Below are positions 31,867 to 42,614 of a DNA stretch of 64,000 nt, piece by piece. Made by a program: the position numbers and the translations under genes. Position 1 is the first letter of the stretch, and each line of letters starts with the position of its first letter. This stretch comes from Alphaproteobacteria bacterium (lineage in GTDB: Bacteria; Pseudomonadota; Alphaproteobacteria; 16-39-46; JABJFC01). Under the pieces are notes generated by a model. The model was given only the letters and a program-made list of their open reading frames with translations. It searched no databases and was not told where the DNA came from. The stretch spans positions 3,826 to 67,825 of the forward strand of contig JABJFC010000063.1 in the NCBI GenBank assembly GCA_018662925.1, in the 5' to 3' direction.

Positions 31867-32601
31867 TTACTTTCCTTTACGCGGGGCCTTCTTTTTTATG
31901 CGTCCTTTGCTTTTTTTATAGTCTGCAAGGATGTCTTTGGACCAGAGAGTGCCGTGGACTAGGTAGTGAATGTTTTCAGCAATGTTCGTGATATGGTCAC
32001 CCATTCTCTCGATATTTTTTCCCATAATAAGCATGTGGATACAGGGGCTAATATTACGGGGATCTTCCATCATATAGGTGAGCAGCTCTCGCATGAAGCT
32101 ATTGTAGAGATGGTCTACTTCATCGTCTTGCATCCATAATTCATAGGCAGCTTTATCGTCTTGGGTAATATAAGCAGTCATGATGCCTTCGACCATCTCT
32201 TCGATTAAATTCATGAGTGGTGGAATAGTTTTAAGAGGTTCAAGCTTTGAGTTCTTTTTCAACTCTGTAAAACGACCCGCGACATTTCCAACGTTATCGG
32301 CAATTCTTTCTAGAGAGCTGGAAATTTTCAGAGCCACAATCACATGACGGAGATCTGCAGCTACCGGTTGGCGTAGAGCAATGAGGCGTACGGCAAAATC
32401 ATCAATTTCATGTTCTAGTCGGTCTATCTTTGGATCGTCTTTGATAATTCTATCAGCTGTTTTTAGATCATGATCTATAATGGCCTGAATGGCTTTTTGA
32501 AGCTGAGAAGTAACTTCCTGACCTAGATTCGTAATCATGGCAACGAGGCGATTTAGCTCGTCTTCATATGATTTTACTATATGTTCTGTCACTGGGGGCA
32601 T
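31867..32601 (-). CDS. phoU: Phosphate signaling complex protein PhoU
   Basis: Two PhoU repeats. Immediately downstream of pstB. Confidence 0.9.
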   Translation of the reverse strand: MPPVTEHIVKSYEDELNRLVAMITNLGQEVTSQLQKAIQAIIDHDLKTADRIIKDDPKIDRLEHEIDDFAVRLIALRQPVAADLRHVIVALKISSSLERIADNVGNVAGRFTELKKNSKLEPLKTIPPLMNLIEEMVEGIMTAYITQDDKAAYELWMQDDEVDHLYNSFMRELLTYMMEDPRNISPCIHMLIMGKNIERMGDHITNIAENIHYLVHGTLWSKDILADYKKSKGRIKKKAPRKGK

Positions 32602-32612
32602 GATTTTCTTCC

Positions 32613-33377
32613 TTAATATCGTCCTGTGAGGTAGTCTTGAGTGCGCTTATCTTGTGGATTGGTGAACACATCTCCTGTCTCGCCGGCTTCAACGAGTTCA
32701 CCTGAGTGGAAAAAGGCGATCCGCTGAGACACACGTGCCGCTTGTTGTAAATTATGGGTCACCATGACAATGGTAAAACGCTCCCGTAATTCATCAATAA
32801 GTTCTTCGACTCGTGCTGTCGCGATGGGATCTAGGGCTGAGCACGGCTCATCCATTAGTATGACTTCTGGATTTACAGCGATGGCTCGGGCAATGCAAAG
32901 TCGTTGCTGCTGGCCCCCTGAAAGACTCGTTCCTAATTGATGAAGTCGGTCGTGTACTTCTCTTAAAAGGCCGGCTCGTTCGAGGCTGCTTTGAACAATG
33001 GCGTCAAGATCCGCAGAGGATTTGGCAATTCCGTGAATTCTAGGGCCATAGGCTACGTTATCGTAAATGGATTTGGGAAAGGGGTTTGCCCGCTGAAAGA
33101 CCATTCCCACACAAGCTCTGAGTTGAACCACATCTACTGACTTATCGTATATATCCTTGCCATCTAACAGCACATTCCCCACCACTTGCACAGTATCAAA
33201 TGTATCATTCATGCGGTTAAGACAACGCAGAAAGGAACTTTTTCCACAGCCAGATGGACCAATGAGCGCCATCACCTCATTTTTTCTAATATCCATATTG
33301 ATATTGAAGAGAGCTTGCTGCCGCCCATAAAAGAGGCTGAGCTTTCTTACTGAAAGTTTAGGCGTATTTGTTAACAA
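32613..33377 (-). CDS. pstB: Phosphate ABC transporter ATP-binding protein
   Basis: Walker [13 protein letters not shown] signature LSGGQQQRL, Walker B ILMDEP. Confidence 0.95.
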   Translation of the reverse strand: MLTNTPKLSVRKLSLFYGRQQALFNINMDIRKNEVMALIGPSGCGKSSFLRCLNRMNDTFDTVQVVGNVLLDGKDIYDKSVDVVQLRACVGMVFQRANPFPKSIYDNVAYGPRIHGIAKSSADLDAIVQSSLERAGLLREVHDRLHQLGTSLSGGQQQRLCIARAIAVNPEVILMDEPCSALDPIATARVEELIDELRERFTIVMVTHNLQQAARVSQRIAFFHSGELVEAGETGDVFTNPQDKRTQDYLTGRY

Positions 33378-33390
33378 GATTTAGTCCTTC

Positions 33391-34674
33391 TTACCATTGT
33401 TTCTCAAAATGTTTGCGTATGTAGATAGCTATAAAGTTTAAGATAAAGAGAAAGAGCAACAATACCAAGATAGCAGCAGAACTATTTTCTATGAAACCGC
33501 TTTCTGGTTGTTCAACCCATTGATAGATTTGAACCGGAAGGACCGTTGCTGGCGACATGAGAGATTCAGGAACGGTCGGAATGAAAGCCACCATACCGAT
33601 TAAAAGGAGGGGGGCACTTTCTCCGATTGCGCGTGCAATGCTTATAATGGTTCCAGTTATAATGCCAGGGATAGCCGAAGGTAAAACGTGATGAAAAACG
33701 ACTTGAATGCGGGAAGCTCCCAGTCCTTGTGCTGCTTCTCTTAGAGCTTTTGGAACTGCTTTTAAGGCTTCACGACTTGCTATAATCATAAGAGGGAACA
33801 TCATAAGGGCCAGGGTTAATCCTCCAACCAGCGAAGCGGATCGAGGGAGTCCGAATAGCAGCAGAAAAACAGAAAGAGCGAGCAGTCCAAAGACGATAGA
33901 AGGAACGGCCGCTAAATTGTTGAGAGAGATTTCAATGAGATCAGCCCACCAACTGCGCGGGGCAAACTCTTCAAGATAAACAGCCGTAATTGTCCCTATA
34001 GGGAAGGCAATGGCGAGGGCAATCATAAGGGTAAAGATAGACCCAAACACGGCCCCAAGAATTCCGGCTAATTCAGGTTCCTGGGAATCACTGTTCGTAA
34101 AAAAGCTCGTTCGGAAGGAAGTTCTAAGGTCGTGATGAGATTGAAAATCTTGAACCCATTCCTTTTGTTTTTCTGTTAGCTTTCCATTTTTTTTACCCTT
34201 TAGGTAATCGCTTAAAGCATTACTTACAGGAACCCAAAGTTCTCTTCGATTTCCCCAAAGGGAAGGATTTTCAGATGTCATGGCATGGATTGTCTTTAAG
34301 GTTCCCAGACTTACGAGATTAATGAGGGCAGTTTTATCTTCGGAGGAAAGTTTGTCTGTGAATTTTTGGCTTAATGAGACAGCGATCATTTCCTGATAAG
34401 CATCATACTTTTTTACTGGATCAGCCAAACGATGTTCCGGGTTAAAATAAACAGATATCTTGATCTCTGTAACAAAAAAAGCTGGAAGTCCTTTTAGGGA
34501 GATAGCACCAAGGAGAATAAATAAGATGCCGAGAGCAAGTGTTACGCTGGCACGGCCAAAGGTTTTAAAGGCGTACTCTTTTCGATGCCTTTTTCTTAGA
34601 CGCTTTTTCTGCTCTAGCGACTGCCCTTCGGGCGTAAAAATAGTCGATATAGAAGGTGAAATTTGTTTAACCAT
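33391..34674 (-). CDS. pstA: Phosphate ABC transporter permease PstA
   Basis: Polytopic permease lying between pstC and pstB. Confidence 0.85.
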   Translation of the reverse strand: MVKQISPSISTIFTPEGQSLEQKKRLRKRHRKEYAFKTFGRASVTLALGILFILLGAISLKGLPAFFVTEIKISVYFNPEHRLADPVKKYDAYQEMIAVSLSQKFTDKLSSEDKTALINLVSLGTLKTIHAMTSENPSLWGNRRELWVPVSNALSDYLKGKKNGKLTEKQKEWVQDFQSHHDLRTSFRTSFFTNSDSQEPELAGILGAVFGSIFTLMIALAIAFPIGTITAVYLEEFAPRSWWADLIEISLNNLAAVPSIVFGLLALSVFLLLFGLPRSASLVGGLTLALMMFPLMIIASREALKAVPKALREAAQGLGASRIQVVFHHVLPSAIPGIITGTIISIARAIGESAPLLLIGMVAFIPTVPESLMSPATVLPVQIYQWVEQPESGFIENSSAAILVLLLFLFILNFIAIYIRKHFEKQW

Positions 34675-35914
34675 AACCCCCCTGGAATCTACGCCTGACT
34701 CTAAGCGCTATAATATTGAGAGTGAACGTTAGAAGAAATAAAATGAATCCCAGAGCGTAGGCAGCCAGTGTTTGAGGGCTATCAAACTCTTGATCACCAG
34801 TAAGCAAGTTTACAATCTGTACAGTCACGGTTGTGACGGAGTCTAAAGGGTTTGCGGTTAGTTTTGCGGTAAGGCCTACAGCCATCACAACCAACATGGT
34901 TTCCCCAATGGCTCTGGAAACAGCCAAGAGAATAGCTCCCACAATTCCTGGAAGGGCGGTGGGCAACACAACACGACGGATGGTTTCCGATGAGGTTGAA
35001 CCCAGGGCTAGGGCACCTTCTCTGAGGTTTTTTGGGACAGCGTGAATAACGTCATCTGAGAGAGATGAAATAAATGGAATGAGCATAACGCCCATAACGA
35101 GTCCGGCAGCAAGAGCACTTTCAGATGTTACATGCAATCCCAGCGTGCCTCCTGTTTCCCGAATAAAGGGGGCAACCATAATTGCAGCAAAAAAACCGTA
35201 GACGACAGTTGGGATTCCTGCCAATCCCTCCAAGAGAGGCTTAATAATGTTTCGTGTTCCTTTGCGGGCATATTCAGACAGGTAAATTGCAGCCATAAGG
35301 CCCACAGGTATTGCGACTCCCATTGCAATGATCGTGATTAGGAAAGTTCCCGAGAAAAGAGGAATGGCTCCAAAAGCTTGAGCATTAATAATTTCGGTCC
35401 CAGAAATGTCTTCACTAACAGCTGCTTGGGGACTCCAATAGAGGCCAAATAGGAAATCATAGGGAGAAACAAGTGTGAAAAAGCGAAATGCCTCGATAAC
35501 CAGTGAAAATACGATGCCGAGTGTCGTCAATAATGCCAGAAATGATATAAGGACAAAAAAGAGTTGTATCATGTGATCAACATAGATCCGTGCGCGAAAT
35601 TCTGGGCGTAATTTGCGGGCTCCAAAAAAAAGCCCTACGGCTGCTCCCGAAAATATCAGGCCCCAAAAAGCATAAATTCTACTTTCTGAAAGGGTTGGTG
35701 ATTGTTTGAATATAAAAGGGCTGACGGTTTCCCAGAGGCCTAAAAGAAAAAGGGACGGTAAGGCACACCAAATTGCTAAGTAAAGACCATAATATCCTGG
35801 GAGTGAGTGGAAATTTCGAATTCGTGCATGACGTCCCGTTATCTGTCTTCCAAGGACATATCCAAACAAAACCCAGCCAATCAAAAAGAGCATCAATAGC
35901 ATTCTAAGGCACAC
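34667..35914 (-). CDS. pstC: Phosphate ABC transporter permease PstC
   Basis: Polytopic permease. Overlaps pstA by 8 bp. Confidence 0.85.
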   Translation of the reverse strand: MCLRMLLMLFLIGWVLFGYVLGRQITGRHARIRNFHSLPGYYGLYLAIWCALPSLFLLGLWETVSPFIFKQSPTLSESRIYAFWGLIFSGAAVGLFFGARKLRPEFRARIYVDHMIQLFFVLISFLALLTTLGIVFSLVIEAFRFFTLVSPYDFLFGLYWSPQAAVSEDISGTEIINAQAFGAIPLFSGTFLITIIAMGVAIPVGLMAAIYLSEYARKGTRNIIKPLLEGLAGIPTVVYGFFAAIMVAPFIRETGGTLGLHVTSESALAAGLVMGVMLIPFISSLSDDVIHAVPKNLREGALALGSTSSETIRRVVLPTALPGIVGAILLAVSRAIGETMLVVMAVGLTAKLTANPLDSVTTVTVQIVNLLTGDQEFDSPQTLAAYALGFILFLLTFTLNIIALRVRRRFQGGYG

Positions 35915-35998
35915 CCATAATTAACGATAGGTTATATATAGATTTCTAATTATGGCAATGGGAATAAGTTGTTATTGCTCTTAATTTTTATCTGCAAC

Positions 35999-36997
35999 TT
36001 ACGGCGTCATTCCTTTGAGCCATTTTTGAATTTTTTCTCTTTCATGTTTTGGGGGAGGAATCAGCCCTTTTCTGGCAAGTTCACCATTTTCATTCCATAG
36101 TGTTTCAGACGTAAAAAGCTCAAGATACTGGAGAGTTGCAAGAAAATTGTCTTTATTATCTGTTTTGAAATAAACATATAAAGCTCTGGAGAGTGGGTAC
36201 GTTTTTGAGAGAATATTTGATAATGTTGGTTTAATGCTGTCTACAGGAAAACTGCGAAGTTTCTCTTCGTTTTGATCGAGGAGACGAAAACCCATAATGC
36301 CAATAGCATGAAGGTTGTTAACCAATTTTTCTACAATGAGAGTTGTATTTTCATTCATTTCTATGTAGGCACCATCTTCTCTGATGTATTGGCACATAGC
36401 TTCCTGACGGCATCGGGGTTTAAGGACGAGAGCATCAAAAGCTTCCCGGGTTCCTGAAGTGGCAGGAGGGCCAAATATTTTGATGGTTTGATCTGGCAGG
36501 TGTGGGGAAATTTCACTCCATTTTTTGTAGGGATTTTTAACCCATTTGTTATTTATGGAAACTTCCATGGCTAAGGCTTTAAAGAGTTGCTCCAAAGTCA
36601 GATCAAAGGGGGGAGATTTTACTGAGTGAGCAAGAATGATTCCATCATAGCCGATCTTGATTTCCTTAAATTCGTTGATGCCATTTCGATGGCATTCACG
36701 TTTTTCTGAGGTTTTCATGGGGCGTGAAGCATTCACAATTTCTGGTGAATCTGGGTGTGAACCCGCACAAAAGAGGTTAATGCCTCCGCCCGTTCCTGTT
36801 TTTTCAACAACAGGTGGCTGGTACTTGGAGAACACGCTCATTAACTCTGATATTGTTGTGGAAAAAGGAAATACATTGGAAGAGCCAACGATCCTTATAT
36901 AGTCTTGAGCATAGAGAGGCGAAATCCCTAATATGCAAACAATTACGAACAGGAGTATGCGAAAATTCTTCACGGATCTACTCAGATTGGGCCTCAT
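35999..36997 (-). CDS. pstS: Phosphate ABC transporter substrate-binding protein PstS
   Basis: Signal peptide. Phosphate-binding family motif ATSGTREAF. Its start overlaps the maeB 3' end by about 20 bp. Confidence 0.8.
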   Translation of the reverse strand: MRPNLSRSVKNFRILLFVIVCILGISPLYAQDYIRIVGSSNVFPFSTTISELMSVFSKYQPPVVEKTGTGGGINLFCAGSHPDSPEIVNASRPMKTSEKRECHRNGINEFKEIKIGYDGIILAHSVKSPPFDLTLEQLFKALAMEVSINNKWVKNPYKKWSEISPHLPDQTIKIFGPPATSGTREAFDALVLKPRCRQEAMCQYIREDGAYIEMNENTTLIVEKLVNNLHAIGIMGFRLLDQNEEKLRSFPVDSIKPTLSNILSKTYPLSRALYVYFKTDNKDNFLATLQYLELFTSETLWNENGELARKGLIPPPKHEREKIQKWLKGMTP

Positions 36998-39251
36998 GGG
37001 CTAGCAACACGGCCAGGTTCACAAGTTCGGAGACTGTGGAGCCTCTTTGTAGAATTTGCACAGGTTTATTAAGCCCTACTAGAAGAGGTCCTATAAGTGT
37101 CCCTTGGCCAATATTCCGGAGGAGTTTAGAAGAAATATGGGCAGCGTCTAGAGTAGGCATAATCAATACATTTGCTTCACCTTTTAGACGACAAAAGGGG
37201 TATAAGGAGCGAACTTGCGGATTAAGAGCAACATCTGCTGTCATCTCTCCGTCGTATTCAAAGTCAACTTTTCGCTGATCAAGTATTTCGACTGCTTTGC
37301 GAACACGTTCTGAGTAATTCCGCGCAGGATTCCCGTAGTTTGCATGAGATAAAAGGGCTACTTTTGGCTCGTGTCCCAATTCGCGAACTTTTTGAGCACT
37401 TTGGATCGCAATATTTGCAAGTTGTTCAGAGGTTGGAATTTCATGGATTGTTGTATCTGAGATAAACAAAGCTCTGTGTTGATTTACAAAGAGGGATAAT
37501 CCGAAAATCTCTCTATCTGATTTTGGTTCAAACACACTTTGGATTTCATCAAAGATTACGGGGTAGCTGCGTGTAAGCCCCGTAATCAAGCCATCTGCAT
37601 GACCAAATTCTACCATGCAGGAACCGAAAATATGACGATCTTGGTGAACCATCCGTTGAACATCTCTCTGTAGATACCCCTTGCGTTGGAGTTTTTTGTA
37701 TAGGAACTCAATATATTTTTCGTTCGCCTCACTAAGGGCAGCATTGTGAATGGTAACGCCTTTCGGTAGCTTCAATCCCAAATTGGAAAGCTTATGTTGA
37801 ATGACATCATCACGGCCTATCAAAATAGCTTCGCCATATCCTCCACTGGAGTAGGCTATTGCCGCGCGGATCATTTGATCTTCTTCCCCTTCTGCGAAAG
37901 CAATCCTCTTAGGGTTTGCCTTAACGGATTCAAAGATAAGTTGGAGGGTAGCAGCCATCGGATCAAGCCGGCTATTTAATTGAGCCTGGTATTTTGAAAG
38001 ATCTTTAATCTTACGGCGTGCAACACCAGTCTTCATGGCGGCTTCGGCGACGGCAGAAGAAATAGTAGCGATCAATCTGGGGTCGAACGGGACAGGAATG
38101 ATATACTCGGGGCCATATTGGAGACGTCGACCAGAGTAGGCGGCAGCAACTTCGTCGGGAACATCTTCTCTTGCTAGTCGGGCCAATGCTTCTGCAGCAG
38201 CGATTTTCATTTCTTCATTTATGGTTTTTGCGTGTGCATCTAAGGCCCCCCGGAAAATATATGGAAATCCTAGAACATTATTAACTTGGTTAGGATAGTC
38301 GGAACGACCTGTTGCAACGATAGCATCGGTTCTGACCGACTGGACTTCCTCAGGCGTAATTTCTGGGTCAGGGTTGGCCATGGCAAATATGATTGGATTT
38401 TTAGCCATTTTTTTGACCATATCTTTAGACAGAGCACCCTTTGCAGATAATCCAATAAAAACATCTGCACCGTCTATTGCGTCTAAAAGTGTGCGATCTT
38501 TGGTCTCTATGGTATGGGTTTCTTTCCAGGGGTTCATGCCTTCTTTTCGCCCCTTATAAATGACACCGGTTCGGTCAACGATGGTAATATTTTTGGAAAG
38601 GGCACCATAGTTTTTAATAAGTTCAACACAGGCAAGAGAGGCGGCCCCGGCTCCATTCAGAACGAACTTAGTCTTTTCAATAGAACGGTTAGTAAGGTCT
38701 AGCCCATTGATCAGCGCTGCTAAAGCAATAATAGCAGTTCCGTGTTGGTCATCATGAAACACAGGAATATCCATTATTTCTTTGAGCTTGTCTTCTATGA
38801 TAAAACATTCTGGGGCCTTAATGTCTTCTAAATTAATTCCTCCAAAGCTAGGTCCCAGGTGCTTTACGCTATTGATAAATTCATCAACATCACGTGTGTC
38901 GACTTCCAAATCAATACCATCGATATCTGCGAATCGTTTGAATAGAACGGCTTTTCCTTCCATAACAGGCTTAGAGGCTAAGGCTCCCAAGTCTCCAAGT
39001 CCAAGAACGGCAGTTCCATTTGAAATAACGGCTACTAAGTTCCCTTTTGCGGTATAATCGTAAGCACAATCGTTATTCTCGGCAATTTTCAAACATGGAA
39101 TGGCAACGCCGGGGGAATATGCGAGGGAGAGATCTCTTTGCGTTGTGAGTGGTTTTGTTGGAGAAATTTCAAGTTTACCAGGACGGCCAGAAGAGTGGAG
39201 TGCTAAAGCTTCATCTTCGAGGGAGCGAGTATTTTTGGTCATATGCCTCAA
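36978..39251 (-). CDS. maeB: NADP-dependent malic enzyme (malic enzyme plus PTA-like domain)
   Basis: 757 aa. N-terminal malic enzyme domain and C-terminal phosphate acetyltransferase-like domain. Confidence 0.9.
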   Translation of the reverse strand: MRHMTKNTRSLEDEALALHSSGRPGKLEISPTKPLTTQRDLSLAYSPGVAIPCLKIAENNDCAYDYTAKGNLVAVISNGTAVLGLGDLGALASKPVMEGKAVLFKRFADIDGIDLEVDTRDVDEFINSVKHLGPSFGGINLEDIKAPECFIIEDKLKEIMDIPVFHDDQHGTAIIALAALINGLDLTNRSIEKTKFVLNGAGAASLACVELIKNYGALSKNITIVDRTGVIYKGRKEGMNPWKETHTIETKDRTLLDAIDGADVFIGLSAKGALSKDMVKKMAKNPIIFAMANPDPEITPEEVQSVRTDAIVATGRSDYPNQVNNVLGFPYIFRGALDAHAKTINEEMKIAAAEALARLAREDVPDEVAAAYSGRRLQYGPEYIIPVPFDPRLIATISSAVAEAAMKTGVARRKIKDLSKYQAQLNSRLDPMAATLQLIFESVKANPKRIAFAEGEEDQMIRAAIAYSSGGYGEAILIGRDDVIQHKLSNLGLKLPKGVTIHNAALSEANEKYIEFLYKKLQRKGYLQRDVQRMVHQDRHIFGSCMVEFGHADGLITGLTRSYPVIFDEIQSVFEPKSDREIFGLSLFVNQHRALFISDTTIHEIPTSEQLANIAIQSAQKVRELGHEPKVALLSHANYGNPARNYSERVRKAVEILDQRKVDFEYDGEMTADVALNPQVRSLYPFCRLKGEANVLIMPTLDAAHISSKLLRNIGQGTLIGPLLVGLNKPVQILQRGSTVSELVNLAVLLAHEAQSE

Positions 39252-39334
39252 TCACAATTATTTAAAACAAGAAAGTTGAAACTATTCTCCAATCATCATA
39301 AAAAGAACAGCGATGCTGACTTTCTCTCTTAGAA

Positions 39335-42022
39335 TTGGATGTAAATCAAGTGAATTTAAAATTATCTGAAAAATCAATTAGTTATAAAGATGCAGCGCCT
39401 TCTCCAATGCTTGCACAGTATAAGCAAATTAAGGAAGCTCACCCCGGCTGCTTATTATTTTTCAGATTGGGGGATTTTTATGAGCTATTTTATGAGGATG
39501 CCGTTACGGCGGCACAAGCATTGGATATTACTTTAACTCAACGAGGGGGAACAAAAGGGGAGGGGGTTCCCATGTGCGGAGTACCTTTTCATGCGTATGA
39601 AGCTTATTTAGCCCGACTGATCAAGCAAGGATTTCGTGTTGCTATTTGCGAACAAATGGAATCACCTGAAGTAGCGAAGAAAAGAAAGGGTAAAACTCTC
39701 GTAAAGCGGGATGTGGTGCGGATTGTGACTCCCGGAACGCTTACAGAAGATACGCTTCTTGATGCCAGGGCTCACAATTTTTTGTTGAGCATAAGTCCTC
39801 TTTTCCCGAAATCTAGTACATTAGGTCTTGCTTGGTTAGATATGTCTACGGGAGATTTTTTTCTAGAGAGGGGCAATTTGAATGCTCTATCTTCCGTACT
39901 GGCAAGATTTAATCCCAACGAAATCATTATCCCAGATAGCCTTTATGGTCATCCAGAACTTCAGGAATGTATTCGTGCCTACAGAAAGGCACTGGTACCA
40001 ACGCCAGATAGTCGCTTTGACCCAAAGAATGGCCATGATCGTTTAATGGAGGCTTTTAATGTTAAGACACTAGAAGGCTTTGGAAATTTTCAACAGGATG
40101 AAATCTCTGCCGGAGGAGCCCTCTTAGACTATGTGATGCTAACACAGAAAGGAAAAGCGCCGAGACTTGCTCACCCCAAGAAAATAAATGCCCAGAAAAC
40201 CCTTCAAATTGACGCCTCTACACGCAATAGTCTGGAAGTGAATCGCACTTTATCTGGCGAAAGTCAGGGGAGTTTGCTGCATACGATTGATAAAACCGTT
40301 ACGAGTGCCGGAGCGCGACTGTTCGCTGCACGATTAAATACGCCTCTTACCGATCCTAGTGCGATAAATAGTCGTCTTGAAATGGTAAGCACTTTTGTAA
40401 GTCAGGACCAATTGTTGCAATCGGTGCGTGAGGCGTTAAAGAGATCGCCAGATATTGAGCGTGTTTTATCCCGACTTACTCTTGGGCGTGGCGGCCCTCG
40501 GGATCTGGCCGCTATTCGCGATGGGTTGAAAGTTGGAAAGGTCTTGCTTCAGATGCTTGGTCAACCACAACAGAAGCCATTTCCAGCAGGCATCAATAAA
40601 ATTAGTAAAAATTTGGGAAACCATGAAGAGCTCATACAAGAATTGGAAAGTGCTTTAGCAGAAACATTGCCTCTACTCTCAAGGGACGGTGGTTTCATTG
40701 CCCAAGGTTATCGCTCCCAACTGGATGAATTCATTGAATTGCGGGATCAAGGGCGTAAACTTGTCGCAGACCTCCAGGGGAAATACAAAGAGCAAACGGG
40801 TGTTCAGTCTCTTAAGATAAAACACAATAATGTTTTAGGGTACTTTGTTGATGTGACGCCTATGCATCGTGAAAAGTTACAAGATCAATTTATCCATCGG
40901 CAAACTTTGGCAAACTCAGTTCGGTTTACGACCGTCGAATTATCCGAATTGGAAGAGAATATTAATTCGTCATCGGAAAAATCCCTTTTGCTAGAGATGG
41001 ATCTGTTTGAGGAGTTAGTGCAACAGATTCTTTCGCAAGGGGACACTATTGGAAAAGTAGCCAGTGGAATTGCGGGCCTGGATGTTTGCACGGCTCTTGC
41101 AGAATTGGCGTCACAGAATAACTATTGTCACCCCCAGGTCGATGACTCGATAGCATTCACGATCAAAGGGGGGCGTCATCCTGTTGTGGAAAAGGTTCTC
41201 CAAGAATCAGAGAGCGATCCTTTTGTAGTGAATGATTGCATTCTTCAGGAGTCTGAGTCCATTTGGTTGCTAACTGGTCCAAACATGGCAGGGAAAAGCA
41301 CTTTTTTGCGACAGAATGCCCTGATGGTTATTTTAGCCCAAATGGGATCTTTCATACCCGCAGAATCGGCGCATATCGGATGCGTCGATAAGTTGTTTAG
41401 CCGGGTTGGAGCATCAGATGATCTTGCTCGGGGCCAATCTACCTTTATGGTCGAAATGGTTGAGACAGCGGCCATCTTGAACCAAGCAACCGAGCATTCC
41501 CTTGTCATATTAGATGAGATTGGACGTGGAACAGCCACCTATGACGGGCTGTCCCTTGCTTGGGCAAGTTTGGAGCATCTTCATGAAAAGAACAAATGTC
41601 GAACTTTGTTTGCAACCCACTATCATGAGATGACAGAACTTGAAACAAAACTATCTCGATTAAGTTGTCATACCATGCGCATTCGGGAGTGGGAGAACTC
41701 CATTATATTCCTCCACGAAGTGATCAAAGGAGTGGCAGATCGTTCCTATGGGATCCATGTGGCCCAATTGGCTGGTTTGCCCAATGACGTCATAAAAAGA
41801 GCAAGCAAGATTCTTGAGCGGTTAGAGTCTCAAGACAAAGGGTCCACGCGTAAACAGGTTTCCGAGGAACTGCCTCTATTTTCGCCTTTTGTTCACCAAG
41901 ACCTCCAAGAAGAAAATGTTTCCCCCATCGTGCGAGAAGTCGAGGAATTGGATCCCAATTCTATGACACCTAAAGAAGCGTTAGATACTCTATTCCGTCT
42001 AAAAGAACTTCTTGAATCATAA
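39335..42022 (+). CDS. mutS: DNA mismatch repair protein MutS
   Basis: 895 aa. Mismatch-binding domain I (GDFYELF) and Walker A GPNMAGKST. Confidence 0.95.
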   Translation: MDVNQVNLKLSEKSISYKDAAPSPMLAQYKQIKEAHPGCLLFFRLGDFYELFYEDAVTAAQALDITLTQRGGTKGEGVPMCGVPFHAYEAYLARLIKQGFRVAICEQMESPEVAKKRKGKTLVKRDVVRIVTPGTLTEDTLLDARAHNFLLSISPLFPKSSTLGLAWLDMSTGDFFLERGNLNALSSVLARFNPNEIIIPDSLYGHPELQECIRAYRKALVPTPDSRFDPKNGHDRLMEAFNVKTLEGFGNFQQDEISAGGALLDYVMLTQKGKAPRLAHPKKINAQKTLQIDASTRNSLEVNRTLSGESQGSLLHTIDKTVTSAGARLFAARLNTPLTDPSAINSRLEMVSTFVSQDQLLQSVREALKRSPDIERVLSRLTLGRGGPRDLAAIRDGLKVGKVLLQMLGQPQQKPFPAGINKISKNLGNHEELIQELESALAETLPLLSRDGGFIAQGYRSQLDEFIELRDQGRKLVADLQGKYKEQTGVQSLKIKHNNVLGYFVDVTPMHREKLQDQFIHRQTLANSVRFTTVELSELEENINSSSEKSLLLEMDLFEELVQQILSQGDTIGKVASGIAGLDVCTALAELASQNNYCHPQVDDSIAFTIKGGRHPVVEKVLQESESDPFVVNDCILQESESIWLLTGPNMAGKSTFLRQNALMVILAQMGSFIPAESAHIGCVDKLFSRVGASDDLARGQSTFMVEMVETAAILNQATEHSLVILDEIGRGTATYDGLSLAWASLEHLHEKNKCRTLFATHYHEMTELETKLSRLSCHTMRIREWENSIIFLHEVIKGVADRSYGIHVAQLAGLPNDVIKRASKILERLESQDKGSTRKQVSEELPLFSPFVHQDLQEENVSPIVREVEELDPNSMTPKEALDTLFRLKELLES

Positions 42023-42304
42023 TATGGAAAAATAAAGAGTTCCCCGATCTTGCTCGTCGAAATAAGTGCATGAATATTCCGAGAAAAACAAGAGCCGAGG
42101 AACCCTAAAAGAAATTACACTACAACGTTGTTTCCTTTTCTTTCGAGAACTAATTTCTCACAAGAAAACTCAACAGGCCAATTTTTTCAACATATGGGCA
42201 TTTTTAGATTTTTTTGAACTTAGTGGGGTGGATAAAGCTTCTGAGTTGGACGATTGCTCTATCTTTATCAGTAAAAATGTCACGGAAATCCAAGGGAATT
42301 TACC

Positions 42305-42333
42305 TTGACGTACGCTTTTACGTACGCTATAAT
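42305..42333 (+). promoter_or_regulatory. Consensus sigma70-type promoter TTGACG-N17-TATAAT with embedded paired CGTACG hexamers (candidate operator) for the second yefM-yoeB
   Basis: TTGACGTACGCTTTTACGTACGCTATAAT. The two palindromic CGTACG hexamers lie 12 bp centre to centre inside the spacer. RBS GAGGGG and ATG 42357 follow. Confidence 0.65.
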
Positions 42334-42356
42334 TGAATCATGAAGAGGGGTATAGA

Positions 42357-42614
42357 ATGAAGACGTTTTTAACTGCAACAGAAGCAAGATCGAAGCTTTA
42401 TCGTCTTATAGATGAGGTTCAGATGAACCATGAGCCGACTTTGATAAAAGGTAAAAGGTATAATGCCGTTTTGATTTCCGAAGAAGACTGGAGAGCTATT
42501 CAGGAGACAATCTATTTGGTATCCATTCCCGGTATGGTGGAGTCCATTATCGAAGGGGGTGAAGAACGACCTTCAGAATGTACGGAGGGAATAGACTTTT
42601 GGCCTGGAAAATAG
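42357..42614 (+). CDS. Type II antitoxin, Phd/YefM family (second copy)
   Basis: MKTFLTATEARSKLYRLIDEV...AVLISEEDWRAIQETIYL matches the YefM fold pattern. The track ORF starts at 42333. 42357 is chosen from RBS placement. Confidence 0.75.
   Translation: MKTFLTATEARSKLYRLIDEVQMNHEPTLIKGKRYNAVLISEEDWRAIQETIYLVSIPGMVESIIEGGEERPSECTEGIDFWPGK

Noticed and set aside
42066-42308. 80-aa ORF in the mutS/yefM2 intergenic region
   Set aside because: No RBS and odd composition. It ends inside the strong promoter that drives yefM2. More likely non-coding leader DNA.
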